Assembly (NCBI RefSeq): GCF_006345805.1
Contig: NC_043002.1
Coordinates: 3,038,001-3,102,000, forward strand
From: Octopus sinensis
Taxonomy: Eukaryota
Direction: 5' to 3'
DNA: 64,000 nucleotides
Shown here piece by piece: positions 10,614-24,640 of this stretch (the first letter of the stretch is position 1; every line of letters starts with the position of its first letter). Position numbers and translations under genes: made by a program. A model generated the notes under the pieces. That model had not been told where the DNA came from and did not search any database. It saw only the letters and a list, made by a program, of their open reading frames with translations.

Positions 10614-13600
10614 CTAGAAAACAGCAAGAATACCAATACACAAGCCTAGAAAAATCAGCATAAAATCAGCTATGACCATGTGCTTTAGAAGATCATTTCA
10701 TAATCACGGTGGTTCCAGGTTCAAACCCATTCTCTGGCAACTTAAAAGTTTTTTTTTTTTTCACCTACCATTAGCTCTGGATTGACCAAAATCTTGTACG
10801 AGATGTTTGAGTAGGCAAAATCTGGATGGAAGCAACTTATCCTATATCAGGAAAAGGGCAGAATTGGTTCACTGGTCTAAGAATTCCATATTTAGCTCCA
10901 CCTCAATCACATCCCCCATTCTTTCTGATTCTTCATATCAAGGTTAATCGGTGCCAAACTAAGAACTCGGTCAATACAATTTAAAGCAAAGTTGAAGCAT
11001 GGTTTCAACCTAATACTTGTAACCAAGGAAAGAAAATCATTGGCTAAGATTCTCTAAAAACAAAATTTTGTAGCATTTTTTCTTTTACTTTTTTCTCCCA
11101 TTTTTTCCTTTGAATTTCAAATTTTCTAACATGTTTTTGGCAATTCAACTTCTGGAACAAATTGTTGTTGTTGTTGTTTAGTCACTATCAGACCAATGAT
11201 GAAAAGTGCTCCAGTTATGAGAATCCAGTCTTTTTTGGAGATGAGGAACTACATTCAAATTAATCTTTTTAATTAACCCGTTAACATTCAGATTATTTCG
11301 TAGTCTAATCCTAATCCTTATTTATTCATATTGTTTCAAATTAATTATGCATCATCTCATAGCGTTGAGATTTCAATGATGTGATTGTATATTTTTAGAA
11401 TGACATTAAAGGGTAGGTGTGAGAGGCTGGATCTGGCCAGTTTGAACATAAAACAGGTAGAATATTTGGACCCTGGATATGGCTAGTTTAAATACTTAAA
11501 AGACAGTAGGGTGTGAGGGAGATTTGGCCATTATTTCTAGCAAGTCGTGTAATTCATCTAAGCTGTGATATTAAGTAAACTTGTGGCCAACGATCCAGCA
11601 CCTGGGCTTTGGTTGTTGCGCCAATTATTTGTGGAAACAATTCTTTACAGTTTAACCCAACACACATTCTGACATTCCAAGACAATAGAAAGAAACCAAT
11701 AGAAGACATTTTGGTTCCAGTTTTATATTTGGATTGCCTTATCCAAATATAAAGCATGATTATTCTTGTATTGCTCCTGGTTTTGACTGAATTCAGAAAA
11801 AAAAATTAAATTAAACTGAAATAAAAAAAGAAGTTCAAAAATAGAATTGGTAGTTTTTTGGGGGGGTTTTTTGTTTTGTTTTTTTTTAAAGAAAATTGGT
11901 TTCTTTCATTCTTTGGTGAATAATGAGATTTAAAATAAAAGTTCTCTTTAACTTTTTTAATACCAAACCACATGAAAACACCCAATTCTATAATGCAAAC
12001 TTCTGGGTTTAAAGTGATCTAAATTAAAAAATTTCTTCCAAGAAAATTTCAGGTTAATTTGTTCCAAACACTAGATTAATAATGACAAAGTTATTTCACT
12101 TAAATTTTTCATTATTTTTCAAAATTAACAAAAATAAAATGAGTGTATTTCAGTAAAAATAAGGTAAAATATTCAAGTACATATTTACATTTCAATATCT
12201 TGTAATGACCATAAAAATATGCACCACCAGATATAAAATTAATAGTTTTTGTAAGTTTTTAAAACAAATTAACAAATTCCTACAAGGTTTCAAGGTAAAT
12301 CTTCGTCAAGAAAGACTGAAACACTGTTGCAATACCATTCCTTAGCAAATCAATCAAAACGAAATTTATTTACAAGAATATTCCCAACTTATTTCATCCT
12401 GTTCTTCTACTGATGTGTATCCTTATGTGCACATCATAAGGGTACATATCACAGAAGGGCAGAATGGAATAAGTGGAGCAAGAGCACACACGAATATTTC
12501 TTAACATTATGTAAAAAACTTGAAAAAGAATAAATATAATTAAAACCATTTTGAATATCCAATAGAACCAGGCCACTCCCTTTTATAAGTTGAAACCAGA
12601 GAAAGCAAACAGACTTCCTTAGTTTATAATATCAACAAAAAAGGGTGTCAAAAATTTTGAATGGTACCCCTAACTACCAGTGCTACCTTTAGTAATCCAC
12701 TTGTTCTGAAGAAACACATCTCCGCTAATACTGATCTAATTTGGAATTATCAATTCAGCTTGTGCCTATAAATATTCGCTGAACATGTTATCCTGGACTC
12801 CAACACTTGAAGAGCTTCCATCAAACTGATAAGAAAAATTGTTAAAACCTAATTTTGAAAGTTACTCTTGCAAAGTCTCTACACAAAGTCACTTTACTCC
12901 TGAAAGAACGTGGACACAGACGATAGGGAAAGACTCCATATTAAGACATATTTAAATCCTTAGTAACCTCCCACCCCTCTTCTGATTTGTGACTGTTTCA
13001 AGCTAAAACCAGACATGTTTGAGTGCTTGAATATCAAGGAATTCAATGACTACTGTGACTACTGAAGAAATTCATTCAATCTCTGGCAATCTTCAGATCT
13101 TCAACTCTAAATGTTTTTAAATATTTCACTCAAAGACTTCCATCAATTTCTGCATGCCATGTTTTATATAACCATTACCTACATACACTCACCTCCTCCA
13201 CTGCTTGCTTGACTAAACAAAATGCATTTCTATGCAAACAGTTGTGACTGTAGCCATAGCACTAATCCTCCGCTCTGGTTCATTCCTTGTCTTAACATTT
13301 AGATGAAATTACAAATCAGAGAACTACTAAAAGCCAGCAATTTGTAGTTGAATTAATTGTGGGTGCTTATTTGATTCACCTCTGAAGAACACAAGACAAA
13401 TTCCATCTGTCAGGAGGATTTGAACATGGAACAAAGAAATGGAGGAGCTAAATACTGTAATCCATCAAGTCTGACACTACCATTACTGCCATTCCATCAC
13501 CACATTCTTCAGACTTAAGATGTCCATCATGCCAGGTTTTGGTAAGCCATCACTTAAGTGAATTATGTTGGAATTAATGGCCAGACATCTTTAGTGAAAG

Positions 13601-15679
13601 AATGCAGATTGAAAAATTAGGATTTAAAACACATTGCCAGTAATATACTTTAAAGCTGACAAGATTAAGAACGAAGTTAGGATTAGCAGAATCTAAATCC
13701 TAATTGTGGAACACAGAATACTTAGAAGTTTACATTTCTCATAATGGAATAATATCAGTCGCTCACTGATACCTTCATCTCAAGTTAGCTTTCTATGAGA
13801 AAACTAATTTAAATGGTTTATATGCTGATGGCATTTTGAATTATTTCATATCTAAACAAATTTATTTTCCCAAGTCAATAGATGAACAATTTTGTACATT
13901 TTCTTACTATATCATTGCATATTTTAATCCCTATGTTGGCAAGTAGAGTAAAGTTATGCTGGTTGATGAGGTCAGTATAATACTGAAACCTGTCTACCAT
14001 ATTATACTGGAATGAAAATAACATTGCTTTTTTTGTTTTTCTAACTTCATATTTTTAGCCTTTAACATTCCATGTATTAAATCTGTTCGCATCAGTTTGT
14101 TTATAAATTTATTTGCTAAAATCAAAATTCAGTTCTCAAATTTTGACTATTAAAACTTTGCCCGTGTTCGTTTCCCTCTGATTTTGATGTTTTCAGTCCT
14201 AAAATGTCATGTTATGTTCTAGGAATCATTTTAAAACAGTTACAAACTGTAGGGTCAACGAGCTTCTCTCCCCACACAACTTTGAGTTCCGTCCCATGGC
14301 ATGGCACCTTGGGCAAGTGTCTTTTACTATAACCCTAGGCCAACCAAAGCCTTGTGAGCAGGTTTGGTAGACAGAAACTGAAAGAAGTCCATGATGGATG
14401 GATGGATGGATGGATGTATGCATGCATGCATGCGTGAGCCAATCACCTGACACCACATGGTTGTCAATGAGCATCCCATCAAACTAGTGATGTTATTTAT
14501 TTGCAGTTTTCCATGAAACATGTCTGGCCATGGAGAAATATCATTTAGAAACGAAGGTTTGCAACGGGATGGAGCAACAAGCCATAGAAAATGTTCTTCA
14601 ATGGAGACCATATGACCCAGGCAAGAATGGAAAAAGTGGACATTAAAACAACGATGATGGATATTGGTTAGAGGAGAAACTGAAAATGGTTATGTTCGTT
14701 AGTCTTATTAAAAGTTCTGAGAAATATTTAAACCAAAGAAGAAGAAAAACATCTGATTAATCCAAATGTGCTGCTTGAAACTTGGTCTGGAATAGAATCC
14801 TGAAAACTGTTATCTCTATATTCATCTCACAAAGAAAATGTTAGTAATTTTTTTTTTTTATAAAATACCTGTAGATGTGTAAAAAAAAAATGGTAGAAAT
14901 TACAGTGCTGCATGAAAATAATTTTGTGAGTAGCATTGTTTATAAATTAGTTTGGGATAAATCCAGGTATTATTGGAAAGAAATACATTTAAATCAGCAA
15001 AAAGTATAACAAACCTCCCCCTGAAAGTCTCATTTCTTTAATTCCATTGTTTTCCCCAAGAATTCTAGATCAATGGTTCTAAAGGTAGGCTGTGTCTCTG
15101 ACCAAAATACTTGGCCTTTGTTGCTAGATCAACTCCTTAACGCTTACCATTCAATTCATTTCTGTCAAATCTAATCTTTATTTATTCACATGGTTTGGAA
15201 TTAACCATGCATTGTCTTGCAGCTTCAACAATTTCAATGATGTTGTTTGCTTATTCCTTAGAATGACATGGTAGGGCTAGTGTAAGAAGCCAGATCTGGT
15301 AGGTTTGAACATAAAACAGGGAGAATATATTTGGACCTGATTTGGCCAGTTTGAATACTAAATGGACATACTATTGGAGATTGGACAAATATTTCAATAA
15401 TTTATCAGCAAAAGGCACCAAAGATGGGTTACATTGTATTCCACCCCACCCCACGCACCCCAGAAAATTCTAGTGATTCTTCTACAGGGTTACCCCTTAA
15501 AAAGCACAGGGTTGATAGTCATAGGTTTTTTGGGGTTTTTTTAAGAACAAATCCTTTTCTAAATACAGCCAGGATATAGTCAGCCCGAGACTACTCCTGG
15601 TTCTATGATATAACCTTCCATTTTAACAGGTAATCTAAATTAAAATCTTCCATTAAAATTTCAGGTTCCAGACATCAGC

Positions 15680-15901
15680 TTAACCCTTTTGTTACCAACC
15701 CGGCTAAAACCAGCTCTGGGTACAAATGTCTTGTTTTCATAAGTTTTGAATTAAAATTTTCCACCAAACCTTAGTCACAATTTATGTTCCTGACACTAGC
15801 TCAATGATAACTAAGTTATTTTACTAAATTCTTTGTTATATTTTAAATAATTGAAAGAAACACAGAACATCTCAAAATTAATACAGTAACGAAAGGGTTA
15901 A
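15680..15901 (+). mobile_element. Non-autonomous TTAA-ended (piggyBac-like) MITE
   Basis: ttaa-cccttttgttac ... gtaacgaaaggg-ttaa; 222 bp. Confidence 0.7.
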
Positions 15902-17905
15902 TAATAATAATGTTATTTTACTGAATTCTTTGTTAATTTTCAAACTTAGATAAAACAAAGGCAGTGTTTTTCAACAGAAAAATGGTAAGAAAAGAGTTTA
16001 AACATAAAGTCTTATAGAAATAATATGCAAAAAAGTGATATCTTCAAAATGTTCCTTAAGCTCATGAAAAGAAGGAAAAAAAAAGCCAAATATTAGAGTC
16101 GTAGACATTAAGGAATTTTGCAAACAGAGAATACATTTGAAATAATGATAATAATGATGATGATGATGATGATAGTTTCAAATTTTGGCACAAAGTCAAG
16201 AATTTCAGTGGAGAGATAAGTCAATTATATTGACACCAGTGTCCTTATTTTATAGACCCCAGCAGGATTTGAACTCAGAATGAAAAGACAGGCAAAATGC
16301 CACTGAGCGAGTTGCCTGGCATGCTAACAATACTGCCAGCTTTCCACCTTAATAATAATAATAATAATAATAATGTGGCCAATAAAATATGCCCGTTAAC
16401 TATGCAGGTATACACACACACAACCTTTGTTATCAGGTGTTAAAATTGTTATTGATGTATTCTGTGACTCATCTAATACATTAACTAATAGATGAGAGTG
16501 AAATGAAGTTTAACCGCTAGACGTCCACAGGCAGGGTAAATACGGATGCCGATAATATGAAGAGAACGGTAAAGTATAAAAGACAAAGAGAACAACGGAA
16601 AAGGTCGTTCCAACAATGTTTTTTAGATTTTATTCCTAACTGTCCAAATTATTAGAAACATCATTTTGGTAGCGAATCAATAATACAACAAACAGATCAG
16701 TTGCAAAAAGGCGGCAGCAGCAGCTGGTTTGCAGACCGACTCTCTCCACCACGAATCTACAGTCAGTGAAGAATTTCAGTTTTCTTAAAACATTTCTTAC
16801 ATAATCTATAAATAATTCTAAGAAGATTTCCTCCTCCCTCCCCACCCCCACCTCCTATTTTACAATGTTTTTCTAATTATAAAAGATACTTCCATAAATT
16901 CTGGTTCATGAATAAATTTATAAGTAAACGTTTTCACAGCTGAATGACCTGCTTTGCGAGTGAACAACCATCAGAACATCGGATGGCATTTATGGAGTTT
17001 TTATTCCATTCCTCAATCAATCACATCAACAACTCTGTGTTTGGCTGAGGGTCGGGGAGGGGCAGAGGTGTATTACTATAAATACTTTCAGGTAAAGAGA
17101 GGCCGGGTTGAAAGAGTGCTAAGCCCACTGACCAACAGTTTACACCCAATTAAATGATATCAATGATGACCACATTACTTTTAAGCCACTATTGTAGCTT
17201 GTGGGTCACTGTAGGGTTGAGGTGAAAGCTGAAGAAGGCCATAGGGAGGCAATGTGAGAAAGACCATTCCGGCCCTTTATCTCAAAAAGATAACCTACTG
17301 CATCCTTTTAGTTTAATTAAGCAATTATTTCCCATCCCTTGCTCAATTTAATAAGCTCCTGTTTATTCTTTGAGAAACCTGAAGAAATACATTTACAAGT
17401 TGAAAATTCTTAGTAATTGGCTGAACTAGTAATTCCATGACCAGGAACTCAGATCTCCTTATTCTAGATTCAGTGGCATTCAACTGAGACCCAGAGAAGA
17501 TCTTATTAAAACTCATCTGAAATAAATCAGTTATACTTCTACAATACGCAAAATATTAATTTTTTAAATCCAATTCCCAATAATATTTGATTAGTAAGAT
17601 TTTCCTCTTTTTTGTTTTATATATGGTGAATGGCTATGGAGGTCCAGTCAAGTAAAACAGGAATCAAAGAGATCCAAGGGCCAAAAATGGTTGAGAACGA
17701 CTGTTCTAGAGAATTCTTGCTTCGGTCTAACAAAAGATTCCCCCATTCCTGAATTGTTAGGGTTCAGAAAGTTTATCCCAAGATGTAAAAGAAACATCTA
17801 GCATTGCATCATCTCAGCCATTATTTAATGCTGCAGATGAAGAAATTACCAATTCCATTATGAGGGCAAGTTGACCGACAGATCTGAACACTTCATCCAT
17901 GTCCA

Positions 17906-18128
17906 TTAACCGTTTTGTTACTGGATTTCTGTTGAGATGCTTTGTGTTTCTTTCAATTACTTTAAATATAACAAAGAATTTAGTAAAATAACTTAGTTAT
18001 CATTCAGCTAGTGTTAGGAACATAAATTGTGACTACGGTTTGGTGGAAGATTTTAATTCAAAACTTATGAAAAGAAAACATTTGTACTCGGGAGCCAGTT
18101 TCAGCCGGTTTGGTAACGAAAGGGTTAG
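17906..18128 (-). mobile_element. Second copy of the same TTAA MITE in the opposite orientation
   Basis: Reverse complement of 15680-15901 with scattered mismatches. Confidence 0.7.
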
Positions 18129-18818
18129 ACAGTCGTCTGACCACGAAGGACACCAGAACCTCTTCAGTTTGATAGGAAATTATTTCTAGTGACTATGAGG
18201 AACATTAGATTAATAGTTGCTCTGTCAGATATGTTAAATAAACCAGATAATAAATGCTAACAAATGTTAACAGAGAGAATTGAAATATCATCCACAAAAC
18301 TTTAAAAGTTGGTTATATTTCAGGTCATCATGAACAAACAAATGAATGCTACGGAATTTGAAAACTTAACTTTTCAAAATATCAAGGTGACAATATGCAA
18401 TTTTGTTGTCTGGCCGTGGAGAAACGCACACGCACACACCCTGCTGCTTTGTTTGCACAAGATATTTGGTACATCAGCCTCAATTTAATTAACACCAGCC
18501 AATGATATCTCAATACATTTGATACATAAGTAACTGAATATGATTGATTTCTTAATAAGCCACATTAAAAGTTGAACTAATTAATCAACCAGGAGGTTAA
18601 AAGTGAAAAATTGTTACTATTTACCAAGTTCAGGTTATAAGCCACAGCATGAACCTTAGAGTTCCCTAAGAACCTACACCAATAATTTAAGAAGTTACGG
18701 GTGAAGATAGAAATTGTCATGGTTTGGTTTAAGGAGAGTACTCCTTTGAATTTATGAAAAACAATTTCATTGTATTTCGTTTGCAAGATTCTTTATATGA
18801 GTTTGTGTGTTGAAGCAT

Positions 18819-19012
18819 ATTCTGTTGTCTGTGGAGAGTCATTTTCTTTTCGTGCCTTATAATATAACACACTCAAAACTATTGAAAAGGTTGCAAGACG
18901 CAACGAAAATGTTAGGAAAATAAAAATAAGAAAAAAAGTGGAAATTTTACCGGTGAGTGTGTTAAATTATAAGGCACAAAAAGAAAATGACTCTCCCCAG
19001 ACACAACAGAAT
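18819..19012. mobile_element. Palindromic MITE (about 57-bp arms)
   Basis: attctgttgtctgtggagagtcatttt...acactca and tgagtgt...cagacacaacagaat are reverse complements. Confidence 0.75.
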
Positions 19013-20002
19013 TTCAATATATTTTCATATAATTTTTTGTTTTTAATTAAATCAAAATAGCACTCTTTCCAAGATTGATGATTCTTCAGTGATGTAAAGA
19101 AATCATTGATTAAACACTCGAAACAAAATAATATAAATAAAACCAATGCAAAAATCTATGTTAGACTACAATAATATCGTAATAATGTGGAAAAGGGAAA
19201 ACATTAAGTTGGAATGGTGCAAGGTTAGTTATCTGGAATCAAAATACATATTTCAAGAATTTCTGTATAATACTCAATCCATATTAGTAAAGGAGTTTGT
19301 AGTGAATATTTAGTCTTGAATATCAAATAAGCAGCAAATTGGCAGAATTGTTAGCATGCCAGACAAAATGGTTAATGGCATTTTGTTCATCTGTATGTCC
19401 TGAGTTCAAATTCCACCAACAGTGGCTTCACCTTTCAAAGTTGATAAATTACCAGTTGAACACTGAGGTCAATGTTAATCGACCTGACCCCCCCTCCTAT
19501 AATTGTTGGCCTTGTGCCAAAATTTAAAGCCAACACTTTATAAACCTTTCATACATGACAAAGCAAATTCAAACTTGCATTTTTAAACTGTAAAACTGAA
19601 AAATACAAATCATGTCCGACATGGTAAAAAGCATAAAAACTACATAAGCAGCAAATGTTGCTGCATCAAAGATAAAATGGGGACACAGGAAACCAAGAGG
19701 ACCCTTAGGATTATGAAAGAGCAGAGTATAATGGATTTCATGGGTAAAAAGGCAGGAGGGAAAGTGGAATAAGAGCCCCAAGAAAAAAATAATTCCACCA
19801 AACACTCAAAATACATTCCCACTTCTTTCAGCAGGGGTTTATACACCCCAATATCAGATTATTTGGTCGTTGAATAGATATGGTGAAAACTTATCTTTAC
19901 AAAATTTTCACTTGACACCATTTCTTAACTTACACAGAATACACACGTTTAAACACCACCATGAAATCATAGTTCTTAAATTTAAAGGACAAAAATAAAT
20001 GG

Positions 20003-20074
20003 CTTATGTTAGTGTAATCGGTTAGCACATTTATCATGAAAATAAGAGGTGGGAGTTCAATTCCCAAGCATACA
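20003..20074 (+). pseudogene. Degenerate tRNA-like sequence (pseudogene or SINE head)
   Basis: D-arm gtgt/gcac, anticodon arm tttat/ataag, GGAGTTCAATTCC B box. The acceptor and T stems are broken and U33 is absent. Confidence 0.35.
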
Positions 20075-21438
20075 AATACCCATTTTTTTTTTCCATTGGG
20101 AAAATATTAAACTATTTTCTATAGTCAATATATGGTGATACTTAAAATTGTATTACCAAATTTTCACTGGAAACAGAGTATTTAAAAAAACATAGAACTT
20201 CATTAATAGAGGGAAAAGTCACATTTTTATTGTTTTATTTGAAGGAGATGCTAACAAGAAATCAATTTTGATATAACTTATCAGAATTATTGATACATGT
20301 CAAAGAGTTGTTAGACTGAACTAAATATATTGATTTCTTATAACTAAGTACAAAACCAATTCCACAAAGTCAATTAAATCAATCCTCATTTATGGAGATG
20401 GAGAAAGTGACATGAAAAAACTCAAACTCAGAATTGTCAATCTAGTGTATTTTTTTTCCTTTTTTTTTTCGGCACCAACACAATGGCTAAATACAGCAAG
20501 AGAACAATCCTGTACAAGGGTGCAGGTATGGTTGTATGGTAAGAAGTTTGATGTCCAATCACATGGTTCTAGGTTCCGTCCCATTGTGTGACACCTTGGG
20601 CAAGTGTCTTCTATTATAGTCTCAAGCTGATCAAAAGCCTTGCGAGTGGATTTGATAGATGGAAACTAAAAAGAAGCCCATCATGTGTGTGCGTTTGTTT
20701 TCTGTCATCTTGTCTTGACTTCATATGATGGTTGTAAACAAATGTCACCATCATACAAGGTGTTGTTTGTTCCAATCATCCATGAAAATGTCTGAGGGAT
20801 ATTATCATACTTGGAAACAGGCAAGAGTTGGCAACTGGAAGGGCATCCAGTGGTAGAAAATGTGCCATCAGCAAAATCCGTTCAACCCATGCAAACATGG
20901 AAAACTGGATGCTAAAACAATGTTGATGAACATAAAGCCATGCAACAATCAGAATTGAAGATTCACAAAGTCCAGGCATCAGCCGCTCAATGGAACCGAT
21001 TCTAAGTTTAGATTTCTAACGTTGTTGCAATGCTATGTCTTGGACAAGGAACTAAATCCTTCATCTCTCTCTCTCTCTCTCTCTCTGCAATAAAAGCAAG
21101 TCAGAAAAAGAGAAAGGTCACAGCATAGTCTTGAATTTCCACTGTTAAAGAATTTCAAAACTTACAATACCAAGATTAAATCATCTCACATGATAAAAGA
21201 ATTAATGGTCTGTGGTTTAATAAGATTCCTCTCTAAACCATTAATGTCAGAACAGCAGAGACAGTCTTGTTTAAAAACCACCTTATCTATTGATACACAC
21301 CTTCAATATGAAACTCTAATAATAATAACAATAATAATAATACGACATATTCATCACAATAAATACAGAAAGAACTGCCTAACAGTGATAATGACAAAAA
21401 GAATTTTCTAGATCTGAGATAAAACCCACTAAACTCAC

Positions 21439-21440
<2 letters not shown>

Positions 21441-21510
<70 letters not shown>
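21441..21510. repeat. (TA)n microsatellite; others at about 1273-1335, 1640-1697, 2173-2226, 3443-3502 (then CA), 33115-33131, 34300-34318 and 60245-60340
   Basis: Directly visible. Confidence 0.95.
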
Positions 21511-21514
<4 letters not shown>

Positions 21515-21881
21515 CTGAAGTTGTCTGTGTATGGCAGGTTTGGTAGCCTTCAACTAACTACGAGACCCTGTGGCGCAAGTTGACCAAAATTGAGAGTATG
21601 ATAGAAGAAGGCTTGCTCTTCCTTCCGTAGAAGATAAAATTCAAATCGGACCATGTTAACACCAAAAATTATTTACATCAAAAAGGTGCTTTTTTTCTAT
21701 GAAAATCCCTATTTTTTAGGATTTTTTTTACTGCTGTGTCGCTGTTTTACGGTGTATTTCAACCATAAAATGTTCACTTAAAGAGAATAACAAGCTACAT
21801 AATGCAAAATTTTTACTTTTCAAAAATTCCAATTCTAAAGGGTTGAAACAAACCCGAGCAACGCCAAGCAACACTGCTAGT
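21505..21881 (+). mobile_element. Non-autonomous Helitron-like element
   Basis: 3' end cccgagcaacgcc...CTAGT (GC-rich hairpin region then CTAG); follows a (TA)n tract. Confidence 0.6.
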
Positions 21882-22828
21882 CAATTATAAGAATACTGCT
21901 AAATCTTTTCTATAGAGCTAAAGCCAACTTCCTAGTAAATTGTGTATCTTTTATTTGTTTCAGTCATCAGACTTTAGCCATGCTGAGGCACCACCCTAAA
22001 AGAATTTTAGTCAAGCAAATCAACGCCATTACTTTTGTTTTAAGTCAAGTACTTATTCCACCAATCTCTTTTGTCAAACCGTTAAGTTAGAGACAAGAAG
22101 ACAACAACACTGATTGTCAAGTGGTTGTGGGGGAGAAACAAAGAGAAACACATACGATGGGCTTCTTTTCAGTTTCCATCCACCAAATTCACTCACAAGG
22201 TTTTGGCTGGCCTGAGGCTATAGTAGAAGACACTTACCCAAGGTGCCACAAGTAGGGTTGAACCCAGAACCATGTAGTTGGGAAGCAAGCTTCTTAGCCC
22301 ACAGCAATTCCTGCACCTATTTTTATGTGGGGGAGAAGCAGGGTTATGCTTTCCTCACAATATCTTTTAAATTATACAAATGGAGAGCAAACCACCAACA
22401 CCAAAAATGCAAATAATAGAAATGACTTATTTGCTAAACGATGGAGCTTCCATATACAACATGAATGGTCGACTTGTAGATTTCTCAGAAAGAAAACAAA
22501 TTTGTTCTGTTCAACATTTTCCATCAGCTTTCATTCCAAAAACCAGTTTTTTCCAGTTTATACCACTTCTTTGCATAATTCATAATCCCTTTAGGAATAG
22601 ACCTACTACGAGCAGAAAACCCCCAAAATTAGCAACAATTCTCACCAAGCTTTCAGTCTTTCCCAAGACTGCACAAAGTTATGGTAAGAGGTTCAATTCC
22701 TTTTTCACTTTTCCAATTACTCTCCTATTAAGATGAGGAAAGCAGTAACTAACCAATTCCTAGAATTTCTCTTCCACTTTATGACAATCTGGTTTCTGCT
22801 TAAATGTTAAGAAACTAATGTAACCTAC

Positions 22829-23190
22829 ACCAGTGTCACATAACCAGCCCACTCAAAAGTACCTTGGATCGTAGGGTGACATGCCGTGCTTGAGGGGACC
22901 TATTGAGTCGAGTACATCAAAATCAAATGGAAATTGCAGCTGTGATCCCTGTGCTGGTGGCACGTTAAAAGCACCAACCAATCATGGTCATTGCCAGCCC
23001 CCTCTGGCCCTGTGCCAGTGGCACGTAAAAAGCACCCACTACACTCTCAGAGTGGTTAGCGTTAGGAAGGGCATCCAGCTGTAGAAACACTGCCAGATCA
23101 GACTGGAGCCTCCTGACTTCCCAAACTCCAGCCAAACCGTCCAACCCATGCCAGCATGGAAAACGGACGTTAAACAATGATGATGATGAT
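22829..23190 (+). mobile_element. SINE family A
   Basis: Ends ccaacccatgccagcatggaaaacggacgttaaacaatgatgatgat. Confidence 0.8.
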
Positions 23191-23334
23191 GTCATGTCTA
23201 CCATGTGACCTTTTCTTTTCTTTCTTTTTATAGTAAAACAACAACAACAACAACGATCTATAAACTCATGGACAGAGCATTGAGTTTCACCACTGAAACC
23301 CCTGAACACAATCCTCTTTGTCATAAGACTTCAA

Positions 23335-23715
23335 TAATTGTGGCACTCCGGTTACGACAACGAGGGTTCCAGTTGATCCGATTAACGGAACAGCCTGCTT
23401 GTGAAATTAACGTGTAAGTGGTTGAGCACTCCACACACACGTGTACCCTTAACGTAGTTCTCGGGGTGATTCAGTGCAACACAGAGCGTGACAAGGTTGG
23501 CCTTTGAAATACACTCACAACAGAAACAGGAAGAAAGAGTGAGAGAAAGTTGTGGTGAAAGAGTACAGCCGGGTTCGTCGCCACCCCCTGCCGGAGCCTT
23601 GTGGAGCTTTAGGTGTTTTCGTTCAATAAACACTCACAGCGCCCAGTTTGGGGATTGAAACAGTGATCCTATAACCGCGAGTCCACTGCCCTAACCACTG
23701 GACCATTGTGCTGCC
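23335..23715 (-). mobile_element. tRNA-headed SINE family D; a related copy lies at about 40720-41010(+)
   Basis: Reverse-strand A/B-box-like head at 23640-23715; body ggaacagcctgct.gtgaaattaa is shared with the 40.9-kb copy. Confidence 0.65.
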
Positions 23716-24354
23716 ACCACTTCAATAATACTGAACACCACAATCACAATACAAATATGAGGAACATATTTATTTGAGCTAGATTTTAGGGATTGCCAGG
23801 CAGATATTTCTGAGTATATCACTGGGCAACAATGATTGCCTCCTCCTAAGTGTTTTAATAGTCAGTTCTAAGTGTGTTGTATGCTGAATCGAAATGTGGA
23901 ATATATTTCCTATCAAGCTTATGGTTCTTATGATACTATTACTCCTTTTGACCTCATTTAGCAGACTGGGTTTATGTGTAACACTAATTATGGCAAGGAA
24001 TTTCCAGAAAAACATTTCTTGTATAGGATAAACACCGACTTTCCTTTAGTGTGACAATGTATAGAAAAAAAGAGTTTAGTCGGATTATTTGATTGCTGTA
24101 ATAGAAAAAAAAAAAAAATAGAATGCAGACAAAAGAGCTAAAAACTTTCGTATTACTACGAAAATGTTTGGTGGTATTCTGTCTTTACGTTGCGAGTTCA
24201 AACCCTGGCATAGGTCAACCTTATCTTTCACCATTTTGGGGTTGATAGAATAAGTACCAGTTGAGGGCTGGGGGTTGACGTAATTGACCTATCTGCCACT
24301 ACCCACCCCCCACTTCCCCTTGTGCCAAAATTTGAAACCAATCTTAATAATTAA

Positions 24355-24640
24355 CATCATCGTTTAACATCCGCTTTCCATGCTGGCATAGGTTGGATAG
24401 TTTGACTGCGGACTGGCAAGCCAGGAGACTGGATACCCTTCCTAATGCCAACCACTCCCAAAGTATATAGTAGGTCCTTTTTACGTTCCACTGGCACAGG
24501 AGCCAGTCAGGTGGCACTGGCAACTACCATGCTCAAATAGTGCTTTTTATGTGCCACCAGCACGAAGGCCAGTCAGACAGCACTGGCAACGACTGACTCC
24601 CCCCATGCCAGTGGAATGTAAAAAGCACCGTTCGAGTGTG
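24355..24640 (-). mobile_element. SINE family A
   Basis: Reverse-oriented tail and body. Confidence 0.75.

Noticed and set aside
22380-22736. 118-aa plus-strand ORF (and 108-aa minus ORFs at 29729 and 58455)
   Set aside because: No recognisable domain, no consistent splice signals, and composition typical of AT-rich intron.
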